The notes below the pieces were generated by a model. It saw only the letters and a list, made by a program, of their open reading frames with translations. It was not told the DNA's origin and did not search any database. Shown one piece after another: positions 1 through 9,979 of a stretch of DNA of 64,000 nucleotides. This stretch comes from Deltaproteobacteria bacterium (lineage in GTDB: Bacteria > Desulfobacterota > Desulfobacteria > Desulfobacterales > QNYZ01). How positions within the stretch are numbered: the stretch's first letter is position 1; the number at the start of each line of letters is the position of its first letter. The translations under genes were made by a program, and so were the position numbers. The stretch is taken from assembly GCA_003973265.1 (NCBI GenBank), contig QNYZ01000036.1, forward strand, positions 3,434 to 67,433, read 5' to 3'.

Positions 1-958
1 AGGCCGTCAGAAAAGCTGCATAAATCGGGTCATCGGCCACATCCGGCCCGGACGGGACCACCTGAATGCGGCTGTCTCCGCACGATGATGTGGGGGACAT
101 GCGGTACACTGCCGGGGCCGGTCCCTCAACAGCAAACTGCCAATCCGCCTCAAAAATGGTTCGATAGGTCGATATCACCGGCCCCTGCTGGCAAAAACTG
201 AGATCGATCCAGCAATCGGCCGGACAATGTGGCCCCAGGTATTCAACCGCCAGATTTCTTCCGCCGGTCCAGACCTTTTTCTGATCCACGATAACCATTT
301 TTCTGTGATTGCGCAGGTTCGTTCTCCCCCGCAGCGGCCGGTGCAACACGGGAATAAACCGGGCCACCTCTCCCCCGTTTCGAATAAGCGGATTCAAATC
401 ACTTTGGGCTGTTTTGAAGGACCCGACACCATCCAGCAACAACCGGACCTGAACACCCTGGGCCGCCTTTTCCGTCAACCGGGATAAGACCGCCTTCCCC
501 ACCGGATCGTCTCCCAGAATAAAGATGGCAATATCAATGCTTTCCCGTGCACTACCAAGCAAATCGCTTAGCGCCTGCCAGGCGGCCTGTCCATTTTGAT
601 GAAACTGGACAGCATTGTTTTCGCTGGACGGAGAAATGCCAAGAGACGTCAGGAGTGAATGGACCGGGTGGGGATGGGCCTCCGGTGATTCCGGCAGATG
701 GATCTGTGCCTTTCCTGCAATCCTGGTCACGATCTTAAGCTTACGTTCACCAAAGGCCAGATAAAGCGGAATACCGATCAGGGGCACAAAAACAATCACC
801 AGAATCCAGCCCATGGAGACCGCGGGTTTACGGGGGGTGCGCAGTATCTGGGAAATCAGGATGACGGCCAGAAGGACAGTAACTATCGTGGACAAATGAA
901 GCAGTAGCGGCCAGATGTTGCCAATCATCGAATGCAGTCCGGACGTTGTGTGGGGCAT
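1..958 (-). CDS. cls: Cardiolipin synthase (phospholipase D / HKD family), N-terminal ~319 aa; the 3' end runs off the window
   Basis: Absent from the ORF track because it is open to the window edge. Manual reverse-complement translation from ATG 958: MPHTTSGLHSMIGNIWPLLLHLSTIVTVLLAVILISQILRTPRKPAVSMGWILVIVFVPLIGIPLYLAFGERKL... There are two N-terminal TM helices followed by the first HKD motif, NHRKMVIVD. I saw no stops in my manual translation down to position 1. Confidence 0.8.
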   Translation of the reverse strand, partial: MPHTTSGLHSMIGNIWPLLLHLSTIVTVLLAVILISQILRTPRKPAVSMGWILVIVFVPLIGIPLYLAFGERKLKIVTRIAGKAQIHLPESPEAHPHPVHSLLTSLGISPSSENNAVQFHQNGQAAWQALSDLLGSARESIDIAIFILGDDPVGKAVLSRLTEKAAQGVQVRLLLDGVGSFKTAQSDLNPLIRNGGEVARFIPVLHRPLRGRTNLRNHRKMVIVDQKKVWTGGRNLAVEYLGPHCPADCWIDLSFCQQGPVISTYRTIFEADWQFAVEGPAPAVYRMSPTSSCGDSRIQVVPSGPDVADDPIYAAFLTA

Positions 959-989
959 CTTGTTTTTCCCTTGATGGAAAACTGTCGGA

Positions 990-1397
990 TTAGTGGTCGA
1001 CCGTTACAAAAAGGCTGATCAGGGTAAGAATGGTGCATCCAGCCAATGCCAGACTATATGCTTTGATCAGCCATCTCGGTGTCATGTCCAGATCAAGATC
1101 TTCCATGCGTAGATGTAAATGACTATACCGCCAGGCGGCCTGCAGAAAAGAGACCGTGCTGAATGAAAGCAGAATCGTGGCAATGGCCAGCAATACCCAC
1201 GGTGGGATATCACCCTTTAAAAATTTTTCGATCCCCAGTCCGGCCGCAAAGGTTGAAACGCCCGTTCTCACCCATGCCTGGTAGGTTCTCTCGTTGGCCA
1301 GAACAGTCCGATCCAGTGCCAGCTTGACCGAATCCGTTTTCAAAGCTTGCGGGTTGATTTTATTTTTTTCAGATGACCGGCCGTGTTGTATGTTCAT
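990..1397 (-). CDS. DUF202 (YidH-like) small inner-membrane protein
   Basis: 135 aa. The LANERTYQAWVRTGVSTFAAGLGI motif is typical of DUF202, and there are three hydrophobic helices. Confidence 0.7.
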   Translation of the reverse strand: MNIQHGRSSEKNKINPQALKTDSVKLALDRTVLANERTYQAWVRTGVSTFAAGLGIEKFLKGDIPPWVLLAIATILLSFSTVSFLQAAWRYSHLHLRMEDLDLDMTPRWLIKAYSLALAGCTILTLISLFVTVDH

Positions 1398-1650
1398 TTA
1401 TTATTCCCTGTCAGTTGCTGTTAAGGGATCATATCACCTTCAGATATAGATTACCCATCTTACCAGACAATATCAAGAACGGGATAAAAGATACGAAACG
1501 ATTGACACCTCTTATTCCACCGGACGACGAAATACCTGGCACGGAAAGACCTGCTAAAAAAATGGCTTGAAGTGACAATATATAATTGAGTACATTTAAT
1601 GAGGCAAGAGGAAATGTGCCTTTAAATCCGCGGAAGTGAGGGGAAAATCA

Positions 1651-2535
1651 ATGACGAGAACCAGGGCGCTGTTTTTCGGCATGACCACCATCGACTGTAT
1701 CTATCTGGCCGACCAGCCGCCCGGTTGCAACGAAAAGATCGTGGCGGACCGGCAACTGATCTGTGCCGGCGGCCCCGGTACCAACGCGGCCATGACCTTC
1801 AATGCCCTGGGCGGAAAGGCCACGCTCATCAGCTGCCTGGGTTTGCATCCATTGGCATCGGTTGCGCACAATGAGCTAAAACTCCACGGAGTCGATCATA
1901 TGGAGCTTTGCCCGGAGTTTTCATCGGTTCCCACGATGTCGTCGATTCTTGTATCAAAAGACACCGGTGACCGGTCCGTGGTTTCGGTCAATTCAAATCC
2001 TATCCAAAGCCATTATCCGGACATGACGAAAATATCCCTCCACGGATATACCGCGGCGCTATTTGACGGGCAGTATATGACACTGGCGACCGCCCTGGCC
2101 GGCGCCTGCCGTCAGGCCGGCATTCATACCGTTCTGGATGGCGGCAGCTGGAAGCCGGGCACCGAAAAATTGATTCGCCATATTGACACGGCGATCTGTT
2201 CATCAAACTTCATGCCACCGGGCATTTCGGATTCTGAAAATATTCTGATATGGCTTCAAAACCGGGGGGTTTCAGAAGTTGCGATCACCCGGGGCGCCGG
2301 CCCGATCCTGGCGGCTGAAAACGGAACGCGGTTTGAGGTATTGCCCCCGCAAATCACTTCGGTTCGGGACACATTGGCCGCCGGCGATATCTTTCACGGC
2401 GCGTTTACCTATTACTATTCAAAAAATCCGGCCGGAAAATTCAGCGACCATCTGAAAAAGGCCGCGGTGATTGCCGCCGGATCATGTATCCATTTCGGGC
2501 CCCGGAAGTGGATGAACGATCTGCCTGCAGGGTGA
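1651..2535 (+). CDS. PfkB-family (ribokinase-like) carbohydrate kinase
   Basis: N-terminal GGPGTNAA and C-terminal DTLAAGDIFHGAF (the DTxGAGD ATP/anion-hole motif). ATG 1651 is preceded by GAGGGG. The track ORF begins at 1636. Confidence 0.75.
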   Translation: MTRTRALFFGMTTIDCIYLADQPPGCNEKIVADRQLICAGGPGTNAAMTFNALGGKATLISCLGLHPLASVAHNELKLHGVDHMELCPEFSSVPTMSSILVSKDTGDRSVVSVNSNPIQSHYPDMTKISLHGYTAALFDGQYMTLATALAGACRQAGIHTVLDGGSWKPGTEKLIRHIDTAICSSNFMPPGISDSENILIWLQNRGVSEVAITRGAGPILAAENGTRFEVLPPQITSVRDTLAAGDIFHGAFTYYYSKNPAGKFSDHLKKAAVIAAGSCIHFGPRKWMNDLPAG

Positions 2536-2589
2536 TCAATTATCGGTATCAACGTAAAGCAGAACAACCAGTGGCCCTGGGACCACGGC

Positions 2590-4116
2590 CTATTCAACCC
2601 AGTCAAAGGTCCGGTCCACGGCTTTCTGCCATCCACGGACCCCTTTTTCACGATCCACCGGTTTCATATCGGGCTGCCAGGTTTTATCTTCGGCCCAGTT
2701 TTGTCGCAATGATTTCAGATCCGTCCAGTACCCAACAGCCAACCCCGCCGCATAGGCCGCGCCCAGGGCCGTGGTTTCGGCCACTTTGGGACGAATCACC
2801 GGGACATTGAGGATATCGGCCTGGAACTGCATGAGCAGTTCATTGGCCACCATGCCGCCGTCTACTTTGAGGTGGGTCAGGTCAATGCCGGCATCTTTGT
2901 TCATGGCATCGACAATATCCATGGTTTGATATGCACAGGCTTCGAGTACGGCACGGGCCACATGGCCCTTGTTGACAAAGCGGGTGAGCCCGGCAATCAC
3001 CCCGCGGGCATCCGGGCGCCAGTACGGGGCAAACAGGCCGGAAAACGCCGGCACAATATACGCGCCGCCATTGTCATCAACAGTCTGCGCCAGGGTTTCC
3101 ACCTCCGGTGCGCTGGCGATAAGCCCCAGGTTGTCCCGCAGCCATTGCACCAGCGCCCCGGCCATGGCTACGGACCCTTCCAGACAATAGACCGGCTTTT
3201 CACCGCGGATCTGATACCCCACCGTGGTGAGCAGGCCGTGGCGGGATACGACCGGTGTCTCACCGGTGTTGAGCAGGAGAAAACAGCCGGTCCCGTAAGT
3301 GTTTTTGGCCTCGCCCGCGTCAAAACAGGCCTGGCCCACCAGGGCGGCCTGCTGGTCACCCACGGCGCCGCACACGGGAACGGCCGCGCCCAGGGCGCTC
3401 TCTTTCGATGTCAACCCCCAGGGAACGGTATCGACGGATGGAACGATGGTCGGCAGCATTTGGCGGGGAATCTCCAGGGCGTCCAAAATTTCTTCGTCCC
3501 AGGCAAGGGCTTTTAAATTCATCAGCAGGGTACGGCTGGCGTTGGACACATCGGTGACGTGGGCGCCGCCGTTCGGCCCGCCGGTGAGCCACCAGATAAT
3601 CCAGCTTTCAATGGTGCCAAAGAATGCGTCGCCGGATCTGGCCGCCGACTTTGCCTCGGGGACGTGGTCGAGGATCCATCGGATTTTAGGCCCGGAAAAG
3701 TAGGTACTGACGGGCAGCCCGGTTTTTTCCCGGAACCGGTCCGGTCCGGATTCGCCGGCCAGCTGGCGGCAGATTTTATCGGTGCGGGTACACTGCCAGA
3801 CAATGGCGTTGTAAAAGGGCCGGCCGGTGCGTTTGTCCCATACCACCGTGGTTTCCCGCTGGTTGGTGATCCCGATGGCGGCAAGGGCATCACCGGCGAT
3901 TCCGGCATTTTTCAGGGCCCCGGCGATGACTTTTTCGGTGTTTTTCCAGATCTCCATGGGGTCGTGTTCGACCCACCCCGGCTTGGGAAAAATCTGCGCG
4001 TGTTCCATCTGCTCCAGACCGATGATCCGTCCCTCGTGGTCAAAGATAATAAACCGGTTGCTTGTCGTCCCTAAATCAACCGCGCCGATGTATTGATTCC
4101 CGATGGTTCGATTCAT
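2590..4116 (-). CDS. glpK: Glycerol kinase
   Basis: [31 protein letters not shown] and [10 protein letters not shown] are canonical FGGY/GlpK signatures. ATG 4116 follows GAAGGAGGAA and overlaps the upstream stop as ATGA. Confidence 0.95.
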   Translation of the reverse strand: MNRTIGNQYIGAVDLGTTSNRFIIFDHEGRIIGLEQMEHAQIFPKPGWVEHDPMEIWKNTEKVIAGALKNAGIAGDALAAIGITNQRETTVVWDKRTGRPFYNAIVWQCTRTDKICRQLAGESGPDRFREKTGLPVSTYFSGPKIRWILDHVPEAKSAARSGDAFFGTIESWIIWWLTGGPNGGAHVTDVSNASRTLLMNLKALAWDEEILDALEIPRQMLPTIVPSVDTVPWGLTSKESALGAAVPVCGAVGDQQAALVGQACFDAGEAKNTYGTGCFLLLNTGETPVVSRHGLLTTVGYQIRGEKPVYCLEGSVAMAGALVQWLRDNLGLIASAPEVETLAQTVDDNGGAYIVPAFSGLFAPYWRPDARGVIAGLTRFVNKGHVARAVLEACAYQTMDIVDAMNKDAGIDLTHLKVDGGMVANELLMQFQADILNVPVIRPKVAETTALGAAYAAGLAVGYWTDLKSLRQNWAEDKTWQPDMKPVDREKGVRGWQKAVDRTFDWVE

Positions 4117-4970
4117 GGGGTTCCTCCTTCGGTAGGTGTCCATTGTATCCGGTTTTCATTCATCCCCAGCCCGGCCGGTGCGATGCCCAGCGCAAGGCCC
4201 AGCAGCTGCGGATATAAAACCGCGGGGATCGGCGGGGCATGCGGAAGGGTTTCCAACCGTACCTGATCGAATTGATGCTGACAATAGGTGCAGGCCGTGC
4301 AGATCATATCCGCCCCGGCCTGATCGGCATCCTCGATTTTTTTCTGCATCAGCCGGGTCGATATTACGCGGTTTTTTTCCCACAGGGGCGCTCCGCAGCA
4401 GTTGAGCCGCAGGGGCCAGTCAACGGCCGTGGCACCGGTTACGGCAATCAGGTCTTCAAAAATCGTTGGTGCCTGGGGATCGTCAAACCCGACAATATTA
4501 GCCGGCCGCAGGGCATGGCAGCCGTAATGAGCGGCAACCCGGATGTCCTTTTGAGGGTGAACCACGGCCGTGGCGACAGCAGCCAGGCCGAGGTCCTCCT
4601 TTAATACCTGCAGAAGATGCCGGACCCGGATGCCCGGTTTCCAGCGCAGATTTTCTTTTCTCAGGATCGCGTTGACCCGGCGGCGCAGCACGCGGTTTTC
4701 CCCGAGCCAGTACTGGGCATGCCGGAGGTTTCCATAGCAGCACTGGCACGGCGTCATCAGCGGTGCGCCGATCTGATCGGCCAGCGCCAGGACCCGGGCC
4801 GAGGATAATAACGACGCTTCCAGATGCTGATGCCGGACGGGATAGCCGCAGCAGTTGAATTCAGAATCGACCAGATCGATGCCGAGCGCTTTAAATATCC
4901 CGCGCGTGGCGCGGTCATAGGCCGGCAGCCAGGCCGGAATTTTACATCCGGGAAAATAGACATATTTCAT
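4113..4970 (-). CDS. HdrB-like / GlpC C-terminal-like protein with two CCG cysteine-rich domains
   Basis: 285 aa. Two CCG motifs ([16 protein letters not shown]), each with accompanying Cys clusters ([15 protein letters not shown]). Start and stop overlap both neighbouring genes. Confidence 0.8.
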   Translation of the reverse strand: MKYVYFPGCKIPAWLPAYDRATRGIFKALGIDLVDSEFNCCGYPVRHQHLEASLLSSARVLALADQIGAPLMTPCQCCYGNLRHAQYWLGENRVLRRRVNAILRKENLRWKPGIRVRHLLQVLKEDLGLAAVATAVVHPQKDIRVAAHYGCHALRPANIVGFDDPQAPTIFEDLIAVTGATAVDWPLRLNCCGAPLWEKNRVISTRLMQKKIEDADQAGADMICTACTYCQHQFDQVRLETLPHAPPIPAVLYPQLLGLALGIAPAGLGMNENRIQWTPTEGGTP

Positions 4971-6706
4971 GGGGCGGCCTCCGGGGCTTCCTCTTTCGGC
5001 CGGTGGGAAATCGATTGCGAATCCAGGTGATGAACGGTGTCAGGATAAAACCGCCGGTAGGCGATATTTCTCAATTCATAGAGGACGTCGGCCACCCGGA
5101 CGCCCTGGGGGCAGTGTTCCTGGCACATATAGCAGGTGACGCAATTCCACACCATCCGTGCGCCCAGAGCATCGTCGGCCATCTGAAGGCGCAGCAGGTT
5201 CATAATCTGCTGGGGCGTCAGGTCGAGTTCCCGGGCCGGATCGTCGGCGGCTTCCACCACCGGGCAGACCGTTGTGCAGATCGTACACTGGATGCATCCC
5301 CTGAATGTTTCCGGCCGGTCGGTCAGATGAATTGCCGGAAAGGTTTTCTTGAAAGACGGCCCGGATGCGACCGATCGTTCCGACGCCAGGTGTGCCCATT
5401 CATGGGCCGGCTTTTTCATGATCCAGTGGTGGGCCTCGGTAAATCCCTGTCGCCGCAGGTCCTGCTTCGATGCCTGCCAGATATCTTTCAAATCGATTCC
5501 CGACGGGCAGACCTCCGTACAGCGACCGCAGTCGGTACAGATGAAGCTGCCTTCGGCCAGGAGCGCGGCCTCGGCCTCAGATCCGTGCCGGTGGCGGACA
5601 TGACGTGCGAACCCGGCCAGTTTTTCCGATGGCAGAATGGTGATGTTGTCGATCAGTAACTGGATGGGAGCTACCTTGCAGTGCAGGCTGCAAATGCCGC
5701 AATGGGTACATGCGTCCAGCCCAAGCGCACGTCGGTTGGCCAGCTGGGCGGGGGAAACGGTATCGGTAGTACGGCTGCCGCAAATCAGCAGGTTGACCGG
5801 TGTGGCAATCAGATGGAAAAATTTGCCGAACGGCAACCAGGCCAGGGCGGCAAAGGCGGACAGGAAATGGATATACCACAGCCAGGTATCCATACGAATA
5901 CGGTTAAAGCGCCGGGCCACCGGCCGGATGAACCGGGCCACGGGATAACTCATAAAAGCTGATACCGGGCGGGAATGACAGGAAATGCAGTATTCGTCGT
6001 GCGTTTCATACCCCTCGGCAAGTACGGCCGGATCGTCGGTGTCGACCGGGTTTTCAAAAACCACCCCGTATTGGGACGCCCAGTACGCCCGGAGCGGGGC
6101 CAGTATTTCCTCGTCGTCTTCGTCCAGGTACTCGTCCACCATCTCGTTGAAGATCGGTTCCGAAACGATCTGGACGGCCTCAAGCATCATACCGGAAACA
6201 ATGACCATACCGATGAAAAAAAGGGTAAAGGTATCCATGGCGCGGGTCATCTGGCGCAGCCGATGGCCGGCCACCCGGCGAATCATCGCAATCCCCGCCC
6301 CGGCCAATACCATCAGCCCGAATAGATCGCGGAGCCACAAAAAGGGGTTGAGCGTCGATTCATAATCCGGAAAAAAAGTACGCGTCAGCGGATCGTCGAG
6401 GGCATGCATCAGAATCAGCAAGATCATTCCGTAAAACAGGCAGATATGCATAATCCAGCGCCAGAAGCTCTGGTGGAGGATATTGAGCTGCAGCAATACG
6501 TCGGTAATAAATATGCCGATCAGCTTGAAAACCCGGCGGCTGACCAAGGCGCGAATCGTCTGGCCGGTGGCAGCCGTGATTCGGGCGCCCACGGTCAGGG
6601 TATCGGTTTCCGGGCCGATGCGGAGGGTTACCCATCTTTGCGTCCGGAAAAGGATGCCTGCCACACAAATCCCCAGCGCCAGATATAGTGAAATGGTAAA
6701 TATCAT
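4967..6706 (-). CDS. Membrane-integral cytochrome-b-like (NarI/HdrE/DsrM-type) domain fused to a poly-[4Fe-4S] ferredoxin (HdrC-like) domain
   Basis: 579 aa. The N-terminal half has ~5-6 hydrophobic helices with conserved His (WRWIMHICLFYGMILLILMHALDD, WYIHFLSAF, FFHLIATP). The C-terminal half carries four Cys cluster motifs: CTHCGICSLHC, CTDCGRCTEVCP, CIQCTICTTVCP and CVTCYMCQEHCP. Confidence 0.7.
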   Translation of the reverse strand: MIFTISLYLALGICVAGILFRTQRWVTLRIGPETDTLTVGARITAATGQTIRALVSRRVFKLIGIFITDVLLQLNILHQSFWRWIMHICLFYGMILLILMHALDDPLTRTFFPDYESTLNPFLWLRDLFGLMVLAGAGIAMIRRVAGHRLRQMTRAMDTFTLFFIGMVIVSGMMLEAVQIVSEPIFNEMVDEYLDEDDEEILAPLRAYWASQYGVVFENPVDTDDPAVLAEGYETHDEYCISCHSRPVSAFMSYPVARFIRPVARRFNRIRMDTWLWYIHFLSAFAALAWLPFGKFFHLIATPVNLLICGSRTTDTVSPAQLANRRALGLDACTHCGICSLHCKVAPIQLLIDNITILPSEKLAGFARHVRHRHGSEAEAALLAEGSFICTDCGRCTEVCPSGIDLKDIWQASKQDLRRQGFTEAHHWIMKKPAHEWAHLASERSVASGPSFKKTFPAIHLTDRPETFRGCIQCTICTTVCPVVEAADDPARELDLTPQQIMNLLRLQMADDALGARMVWNCVTCYMCQEHCPQGVRVADVLYELRNIAYRRFYPDTVHHLDSQSISHRPKEEAPEAAP

Positions 6707-6781
6707 TTTGAATCGGTGTTGTTTCTACTCCGTTACCCGTTGTCGCAAATGATTTTTTCTAATGAGCCCCACGGGTAGAGA

Positions 6782-8095
6782 TCATCCGGAAATAAACCGC
6801 TGGAAAGCGTTAACAGCCGCGAACGCGGTGGTGATCCCAAGGCCGGCCCCACATTTTTGCCGGACCCAGTCCTGGTGGGCCAGGATCGATCCGGCGGCGA
6901 ACAGGCCGGGGATTGCCGGGTGCCGGTTATTATTCAGCGGCCGCCATTGATCGTCGGTGGTGATGCCGAACCGGTTGATCGGATGCCCCCTCGGATCGAG
7001 AAACGATTTTTGGTGCCACTCGGAACGGGTGACCGGTTGAAACACCGGCAGGTTGAACAGGGTCTCACGAACCGATTTGCGATCTGTGGTCAGCCCCCCG
7101 CCGATGAACCGGCCACTGGCCAGAATGGCCCCTTTGGCCGTGATAACGCGCCGCAGGTGGTCCCGGCCGACATCAAAGCGGAAGCCGTTTCGGCCCTGTT
7201 TATCAACCGCGGTTATTTTTTGCTGATAATGGGTACGGACAAAAAGGCGGGGCAGGGCCTTTTCAAAGGCCGCTTTTATCCGCAGCCCGCCGATGGCCGG
7301 CGGCATGGTCGGGATCTCAAATACCGGCCGGTTCAGTTGTTTCTGCAGATCTTCAAAGACCGCCATCGGCCGGTACATCCCCAGAATCGCCGGCAAAGCC
7401 ACATATTCGGCCGAATGGATGTGGGGCGCTATCTCGCCGGCCAGCTGGGCCCGGCATTCGGGGCTTTCAAGAGACAGGGCCATATGCTCGGGCAGCAGCT
7501 CGCCGGATGTATCGGGAAACGAAATCCGCCGGGTCGTGAGGTTCGGCCAGGTTTTATCAAGTGTTTCAACGATCTGTCTGCCGCTGAATCCCTTGAGCCC
7601 GTGAAAATCAACCACCAGGCAAGACGCCTTTTCAGCCAGGGCCCGGACGCCGTTTTGAACCGTGGCCGGCACGGCATAAGTGGTTTTAAGGGTACCGGTC
7701 GGTGTGATCATGGCGAGGTTCTTCCCGGGCTCGGTATAATAGGGCAGACCATGGGCCGCTAAAAAAGAAACAAAGCCGGAAAGCGCAGACTGTATATCCT
7801 TTTTATCTAAAAAGGCGTACGGGTGCCGGGGGTGTTCTGCAACCAATGCCCCGATGCCGTCAAAGGGACGATCCCATATGCGGCCGTCTTCAACCGGGTG
7901 GACGCCCAAAAGATCGAGAAAGCCGCTGGCAAAGCCCAGTTCCCCGGCCCGGCCCACCTGTACCGTATCTATTCCAAGATTTGCGGCAAACAGCGCGGCG
8001 GCCATGCCGGTGATGCCCGATCCGATCACCAGTAGATCGCAGCTTATTTCCGGTAAATTATCCATAAAGTCGTTTTTCGATGACGAAGCGTACAA
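6782..8095 (-). CDS. glpB: Anaerobic glycerol-3-phosphate dehydrogenase subunit B
   Basis: FAD fold DLLVIGSGITGMAAAL plus ASGFLDLLG, both typical of GlpB, and a position directly after glpA. The start is either TTG 8095 or ATG 8065. Confidence 0.85.
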   Translation of the reverse strand: MYASSSKNDFMDNLPEISCDLLVIGSGITGMAAALFAANLGIDTVQVGRAGELGFASGFLDLLGVHPVEDGRIWDRPFDGIGALVAEHPRHPYAFLDKKDIQSALSGFVSFLAAHGLPYYTEPGKNLAMITPTGTLKTTYAVPATVQNGVRALAEKASCLVVDFHGLKGFSGRQIVETLDKTWPNLTTRRISFPDTSGELLPEHMALSLESPECRAQLAGEIAPHIHSAEYVALPAILGMYRPMAVFEDLQKQLNRPVFEIPTMPPAIGGLRIKAAFEKALPRLFVRTHYQQKITAVDKQGRNGFRFDVGRDHLRRVITAKGAILASGRFIGGGLTTDRKSVRETLFNLPVFQPVTRSEWHQKSFLDPRGHPINRFGITTDDQWRPLNNNRHPAIPGLFAAGSILAHQDWVRQKCGAGLGITTAFAAVNAFQRFISG

Positions 8096-8121
8096 AATCC
8101 GCCGGACGCGTTCGCGTCATG

Positions 8122-9768
8122 TTATGCGTTAACGCGTCCGGATGGGCCCCCGCCTGCACCCGGTTTATCCGGTTGCCCTTTCGGATCGTTTAGTTCAAGG
8201 CCAAAGAGGCCGCAATGCATGGCTTCCTGCAACTGGGCCTGAATCAGCGGGACGTCCCACAATAACGGATGCTGGCCGCGCCAGCGTTCACTTAAAAACT
8301 GATGGAGGTTGACGATCCCCTCGTTTTTTTTAAAAACGCCCCGATCGTACAGATGGGCGGTGAGGCGCTGGCTGCAGAAAGCACCCTGGCAGGGCCCCTT
8401 GCCGACCCGGCTGCGCAGACCGATGGCTTCCAGTGTGGGGGTGATGTTTAATCGGCCCATGTTGCGGATGATCTGATCGACCGTATGCCGGGAGACCATT
8501 TCGCATTCGCATAATAACAGGTCCGTGGGATCGTTTTGTTTCATCCATTGATGCGGGGCCAGCCCCGGCTCGGTCCATTGTCCATCGGTGGAGGCCGGCA
8601 GCGGTTCGGTACAGGTCTGGCACGCCGGATCAATCCCCAGCCTTTGGCATACCAGATTGGCTGCTTTTTCGGCCATGAATCGATACGTGGTCAGTTTACC
8701 GCCGGTAATGGTGATGAAATTATCCACATGGTCGCGGGTATGATCGATGAGAGCATACCCCCGGCTCACCTTCCGGTCGTCACCGCTGTTTGCGTCGCCC
8801 ACCAGCGGCCGGACGCCGCAATAAGCCCGGATATAGCGGGTGGTTTCAAGAACCGGTATCATCATGGCACCTTCTTCGATGATGTGATCGATTTCCTCGA
8901 TCTCCGGATAAATATTGTCGGGCGTTTCGGTGCGGACCGACGTCGTTCCGAGGATCGATACGGTGCCGCCCGGCACGAGAATATCGGCATCCGTGGCCAG
9001 GCGCAGCCGATTGACCACCCGCCGGGTGATCCGGCTCTGGGTAACCAGCAGGCTGCCCTTGGAATAGATCATCGGGATGGAAATACCGGCCTGCGCGGCC
9101 ACCTGGTCGGCCCAGGCGCCGGCCGCATTGACCACGATCTCGGCCCGGACCGTATATTCCCGGCCCGTTCGGGTGTCGACCAGGTGAACGGCCGTTATTT
9201 CCGACTGTTTAACGGTCAATCCCGTGACACGGGTAAAGCGAAAAAACCGGGCGCCCTTGTCCACCGCCTGGGCGATATTGTCGAGGGTCAGGCGGAAAGG
9301 ATCGATGGCAGCGTCATCCACAGCATAGGCGGCAATGAGCCTGTCCGACAGGGCCGGCTCCATTTCCCGGGCATCGGCCAGATCGACGGCACGGGCGGAA
9401 ATGCCGCTTTGGGCGCATAGTTGGGGGAAATCGGCAATATATTTTTCATCATCACCCGCAACCGCCACAAACAGACCGCCGCAGGTATCGATACAATGGG
9501 GGGCCAGCTTTTTGAGAATATGGTTTTCTTTCCGGCATTCCACCGCCGAGGCCGGGTCGGACTTGATATACCGCGCGCCGCTGTGCAGCAGGCCATGATT
9601 GGCACCCGACGCCCCGGCCGTCAGGTCTTTCTGCTCGACCAGGATACATCCAATCCCGCGCAGGGTTAAATCCCGGACCAGGCCGGCACCGGTTACCCCC
9701 GCACCGATAATCAGGACCTGGGTGTGGATAGGCGGCTGGCATGATCCGGGTGTGTTCAAAATCGACAT
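8122..9768 (-). CDS. glpA: Anaerobic glycerol-3-phosphate dehydrogenase subunit A (FAD, with C-terminal BFD-like [2Fe-2S] domain)
   Basis: VLIIGAGVTGAGLVRDLTLRG...GASGANHGLLHSGARY at the N-terminus. C-terminal Cys pattern LLCECEMV...GKGPCQGAFC. Confidence 0.9.
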   Translation of the reverse strand: MSILNTPGSCQPPIHTQVLIIGAGVTGAGLVRDLTLRGIGCILVEQKDLTAGASGANHGLLHSGARYIKSDPASAVECRKENHILKKLAPHCIDTCGGLFVAVAGDDEKYIADFPQLCAQSGISARAVDLADAREMEPALSDRLIAAYAVDDAAIDPFRLTLDNIAQAVDKGARFFRFTRVTGLTVKQSEITAVHLVDTRTGREYTVRAEIVVNAAGAWADQVAAQAGISIPMIYSKGSLLVTQSRITRRVVNRLRLATDADILVPGGTVSILGTTSVRTETPDNIYPEIEEIDHIIEEGAMMIPVLETTRYIRAYCGVRPLVGDANSGDDRKVSRGYALIDHTRDHVDNFITITGGKLTTYRFMAEKAANLVCQRLGIDPACQTCTEPLPASTDGQWTEPGLAPHQWMKQNDPTDLLLCECEMVSRHTVDQIIRNMGRLNITPTLEAIGLRSRVGKGPCQGAFCSQRLTAHLYDRGVFKKNEGIVNLHQFLSERWRGQHPLLWDVPLIQAQLQEAMHCGLFGLELNDPKGQPDKPGAGGGPSGRVNA

Positions 9769-9790
9769 CGTATCACGGCTGATTTTTCTA

Positions 9791-9805
9791 TTGCGAAAAT
9801 ATAAT
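9791..9805. promoter_or_regulatory. Candidate GlpR half-operator in the glpA/glpR divergent region
   Basis: TTGCGAAAATATAAT nearly repeats the right arm of the 10856-10893 palindrome (TTGCGAAAATATTAAT). Confidence 0.45.
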
Positions 9806-9927
9806 TCTCATGCTACCTATTTTACCGTCTAATTCAACTAGTTCAACAGGCATCTTTCGGTTATTTTAACGCATTCGGACAGATTTGTCACCATTTATTT
9901 TCTAAAGTAAACATATTTTACAATTTA

Positions 9928-9946
9928 TTTTCGAAAACGAACACAT
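9928..9946. promoter_or_regulatory. Candidate GlpR operator
   Basis: The 10-bp palindrome TTTTCGAAAA is followed by CGAACACAT. AACGAACA resembles the E. coli GlpR half-site (TGTTCG/CGAACA), as I recall it. Confidence 0.5.
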
Positions 9947-9979
9947 GATCCCTGAAATACTCATAAAGGATGGCGTACC

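Noticed and set aside
1537-1554. TGGCAC hexamer upstream of the pfkB-like gene, considered as a possible sigma-54 promoter
   Set aside because: There is no TTGC at the required spacing. The GG to GC distance is 13 nt rather than 10.
6857-9420. Long plus-strand ORFs (6857-7762 and 8536-9420) opposite glpB and glpA
   Set aside because: They are antisense to genes with unambiguous FAD-binding and GlpA/GlpB motifs, and they have the compositional bias typical of high-GC antisense frames.
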